This document shows, in pieces, positions 61,241 through 64,000 of a stretch of 64,000 bases of DNA. How positions within the stretch are numbered: the first letter of the stretch is position 1; every line of letters starts with the position of its first letter. The DNA comes from Candidatus Poribacteria bacterium (lineage in GTDB: Bacteria > Poribacteria > WGA-4E > WGA-3G): the NCBI GenBank assembly GCA_965205025.1, contig CBDBFU010000003.1:32001-96000 (forward strand), read 5' to 3'. The translations under genes and the position numbers were made by a program. The notes under the pieces are model-generated. The model did not search any database, was not told the DNA's origin, and saw nothing but the letters and a program-made list of their open reading frames with translations.

Positions 61241-62212
61241 TTGAGTATGAATAAACTTAACAACATATTATTTAGATTAACTAATGTTGCCATATATCTT
61301 CTCATTGTGATGACTATTATCGGTTTCTTAATTGTGGCTGTCATAATTCCACAGTGGGTTAAGTCAACCGAGATATTAGTTCCTAATCTAATCGGAAAGG
61401 ATTATTGGCAAGCTGTAGATACACTTGGAAATATAGGATTAAAACCAGACGACATAATTCAGCAAGCGAATAGTAATCAACCAAAGGGACAGGTCATTAC
61501 ACAGGAGCCACCTGCAAACTTTAGTATAAAACCACATCACAAGGTTAAAATCACTGTAAGCGTTGGAACTGACCTATCCCCTGTGCCTTCTGTAATAGGA
61601 AAATCTATTGATGCCGCATACGAAACTTTACAATCTGCTGGTTTTCGGGTTAATACTACAGCACGAGTCCACTCAACGAATTACCTTCAAGATATTGTGA
61701 TTGCTCAGTCTCCATCTGAAAATAGCAATTTCCAAATGAATGCAGAAATTAACTTATTAGTTAGTAAGGGCAGAAAAGCACAGAATATACAATTACCTGA
61801 TTTAACAAATCAACCCTTAAATGAGGTGTTAGCCACACTTCAAGAAATGGGAATGGATGTTGATGTAAGCTATAGTCCACACCCTACAATTCCAGATGGA
61901 CACATCATTGGACACAAACGATTACTACAGATTGGTGATCGAATCACTCTTAAAGTGAGTGGACAACGAGAATTAACTGAAAATACAGGAAGATGGTTGA
62001 AACACAAACACACTGTTACCGAAATCGGAAATATGGCTAAAAAAATCGAGATTGTTATTGTCGATGCATATAGTGAACGTAAATTAAAACCTGTTTACAT
62101 TTCACCAGGAACAGTAATTGACATGGAGAAAATGAGAATTCGAGTTTTTGGTCCTACCCTTGTCATTGTATTTGAAGATGGGAAGAAAGTATCTGAACGA
62201 CAATATCAGTAG
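61241..62212 (+). CDS. PASTA-domain membrane protein (3 PASTA repeats, no kinase)
   Basis: N-terminal TM; VPNLIGK, VITQEP, VPSVIGK, VIAQSP, LPDL. Confidence 0.88.
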   Translation: MSMNKLNNILFRLTNVAIYLLIVMTIIGFLIVAVIIPQWVKSTEILVPNLIGKDYWQAVDTLGNIGLKPDDIIQQANSNQPKGQVITQEPPANFSIKPHHKVKITVSVGTDLSPVPSVIGKSIDAAYETLQSAGFRVNTTARVHSTNYLQDIVIAQSPSENSNFQMNAEINLLVSKGRKAQNIQLPDLTNQPLNEVLATLQEMGMDVDVSYSPHPTIPDGHIIGHKRLLQIGDRITLKVSGQRELTENTGRWLKHKHTVTEIGNMAKKIEIVIVDAYSERKLKPVYISPGTVIDMEKMRIRVFGPTLVIVFEDGKKVSERQYQ

Positions 62213-62267
62213 AATTTCTCCTATCAAATTGATTAGAATATTAAAGTATATCGTATATTAACTAACA

Positions 62268-62940
62268 ATGAATATTAAAAATGTAGACACACCTAAAATT
62301 GCACCATCCCTATTAGCAGCTGATTTCAGTTGTTTTGGTGATGAGGTGGAACGCGTAACACAAGCTGGGGCGGATCTACTTCATTTCGATGTCATGGATG
62401 GTGTCTTGGTGCCAAATTTCGGTATTAGTCCTCCTTTAATTGCTTCAGTACGTGATAAGACAAAGCTCGTATTTGATGTTCATATTATGGTAGCACATCC
62501 ACTTTCTTATATTGAGGCACTCGTTGACGCCGGGTCAGACATAATTACATTTCATATTGAATCACATGATGATCCAAATAAAGTTATAGAAGCAATTAAA
62601 AAATATAATGTTTCTGTAGGAATAGCATATTCCCCGAATACCCAAAACAGATGCTGTTATACCATACCTATCCTATATTGACCTAATTTTACCAATGAGT
62701 GTTGAACCGGGATTTGGTGGGCAAAGTTTTTTGCCGAATACCTTAGAAAAAATTAAAGAATTGCATAATCTCATAAATGATTTAGATAATTCTCCTGATA
62801 TATCTGTAGATGGTGGAGTGACAACAGTAATTAGTCCTTCCGCAATACAGAATGGGGCAACTATACTTGTTGCAGGTACAGCAATTTTAAAGAGTGATAA
62901 TCCACAGGAAATTATAAAACAGTTACGTACAGTAGAATAG
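62268..62940 (+). CDS. rpe: Ribulose-phosphate 3-epimerase; one apparent +1 frameshift near 62644
   Basis: IAPSLLAADF, HFDVMDG, DVHIM | MSVEPGFGGQ, VDGG, LVAG. Confidence 0.92.
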
Positions 62941-62960
62941 GTCAATTTATAAATTCTGAG

Positions 62961-63687
62961 ATGTATATGCATACATTTTATGTGCCACCTAACCAAATAA
63001 GTGGAGACTTTACGAAAATTTATGGTTCAGAACATCATCAATTACGGAATGTTCTGCGACTAAATTCGGGAGATAATGTACGGATTATTGACGGTATTGG
63101 AAATATATTAATCGCAGAAATATCTAATATTCGAAATGATTCAACTATTGTCAGCATAATTGACCATCAGATTCAATTAAAAAAGAAACCTGAGATCAGT
63201 CTTTTTCAAGGTATACCGAAAAACAATAGGATGGAGTTGATTCTACAAAAAACTACTGAACTTGGTTTAACTAAAGTCGTTCCAGTACTGACAAAACGAT
63301 CCTTACAAGAAGTGAATGAAAACCGAATTGAACGCTGGAAAAAGATCGTTATTTCTGCCACTAAACAATGTCAGACTTCGTGGTTAACTAATCTCAGTGA
63401 AGTACATGACTTCAAAGAATGTCTAAAGCAGTTACATTTCTATGACCTTAAGATAATTTTTGTGGGAAAATGAGGAAAAATATCATATTAAAACTATATT
63501 ACAGCAGACCGAACATATTGGATCTATCGCAGTATTAGTTGGACCTGAAGGTGGGTTCGAGGAAGAAGAGGTAAAATACGCAGTTGAATACGGATGTAAA
63601 CCTGTATCGTTAGGATCAAACATATTAAGAACCGAAACAGCTGCAATTGCAATTACTGCTATCATAAATTATGTATACCAGAATTAA
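62961..63687 (+). CDS. rsmE: 16S rRNA m3U1498 methyltransferase; one apparent +1 frameshift near 63458
   Basis: HHQLRNVLRL, QKTTELG, ATKQC | VGPEGGF, LGSNILRTETA. Confidence 0.92.
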
Positions 63688-63693
63688 GTGAAT

Positions 63694-64000
63694 ATGAAGA
63701 TTATGAAAACAGCAAAACTAATCACTATGGGATGTAAGGTGAATCAATACGATACTCAATCTATGCGAGAAACTCTCGTTCGTCATGGATATAGGATTGT
63801 TGATGATAAGCAACATGCGGATCTATATCTTATTAATACCTGCACCGTAACTAACGTTGCCGATCAGAAAGCAAGACAAGTCATACGGAAAGCTATACGA
63901 CATAATCCAAACGCTGATGTTTGGGTTACAGGTTGTTATGCAGAAAGTGATCGTAAAGCAATAGAGGAGATTCCTGGTGTGACATTCGTCTTTGGTAATA
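63694..64000 (+). CDS. mtaB: tRNA methylthiotransferase MtaB, N-terminal part (cut by window edge)
   Basis: TMGCKVNQYDT, INTCTVT, VTGCYA; follows rsmE as is usual. Confidence 0.88.
   Translation, partial: MKIMKTAKLITMGCKVNQYDTQSMRETLVRHGYRIVDDKQHADLYLINTCTVTNVADQKARQVIRKAIRHNPNADVWVTGCYAESDRKAIEEIPGVTFVFGN

Noticed and set aside
69-63665. Numerous short antisense or nested ORFs in the track
   Set aside because: They overlap well-supported genes on the other strand or frame and show no motifs or RBS.
60254-63687. Programmed frameshifting or phase variation in fmt, rpe, rsmE
   Set aside because: Runs are only 2-5 nt, all are +1, and they cluster in one region of housekeeping genes; sequencing error is more parsimonious.

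Overview
AT-rich bacterial chromosome window, most likely Candidatus Poribacteria (inferred from secreted proteins ending in a V-x-P-x-G-K-x3-R-W-x2-L-K tail, paired PhyH-like dioxygenases, a sulfatase and a DUF6785-type membrane protein). It contains: (i) metabolic genes (1-12.8 kb); (ii) an unusual phosphate locus, pstSCA-K+ channel-pore-only channel paralog-pstB-pstB-pstA-like-pstB-phoU, converging on MscS and a cation-chloride cotransporter (13-25 kb); (iii) tandem paralog pairs of beta-barrels, PhyH-like dioxygenases and TolB-like propellers (25-33 kb); (iv) an accessory island with a single-chain restriction-modification enzyme, TPR, CoiA-like and HNH genes, a broken VapBC pair and dense repeats (33.5-44.6 kb); (v) housekeeping genes tatAC-pgeF-yggS-proC-yggT-[ileS-like]-lspA-fmt-rpe-rsmE-mtaB. 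Top observations: an intact 858-aa IleRS homologue in the canonical ileS-lspA position that lacks HIGH, KMSKS and the editing motifs; nested non-autonomous elements, namely a 100-114 bp TIR element sitting in the loop of a hairpin repeat in all three copies and a 33-bp micro-element that splits REP hairpins; a PhyH pair with one HxG (halogenase-like) and one apparently metal-less partner; and complementary-degenerate PstB ATPases. The +1 homopolymer frameshifts after 60 kb are probably sequencing errors. All calls come from reading motifs by eye; no searches were run.
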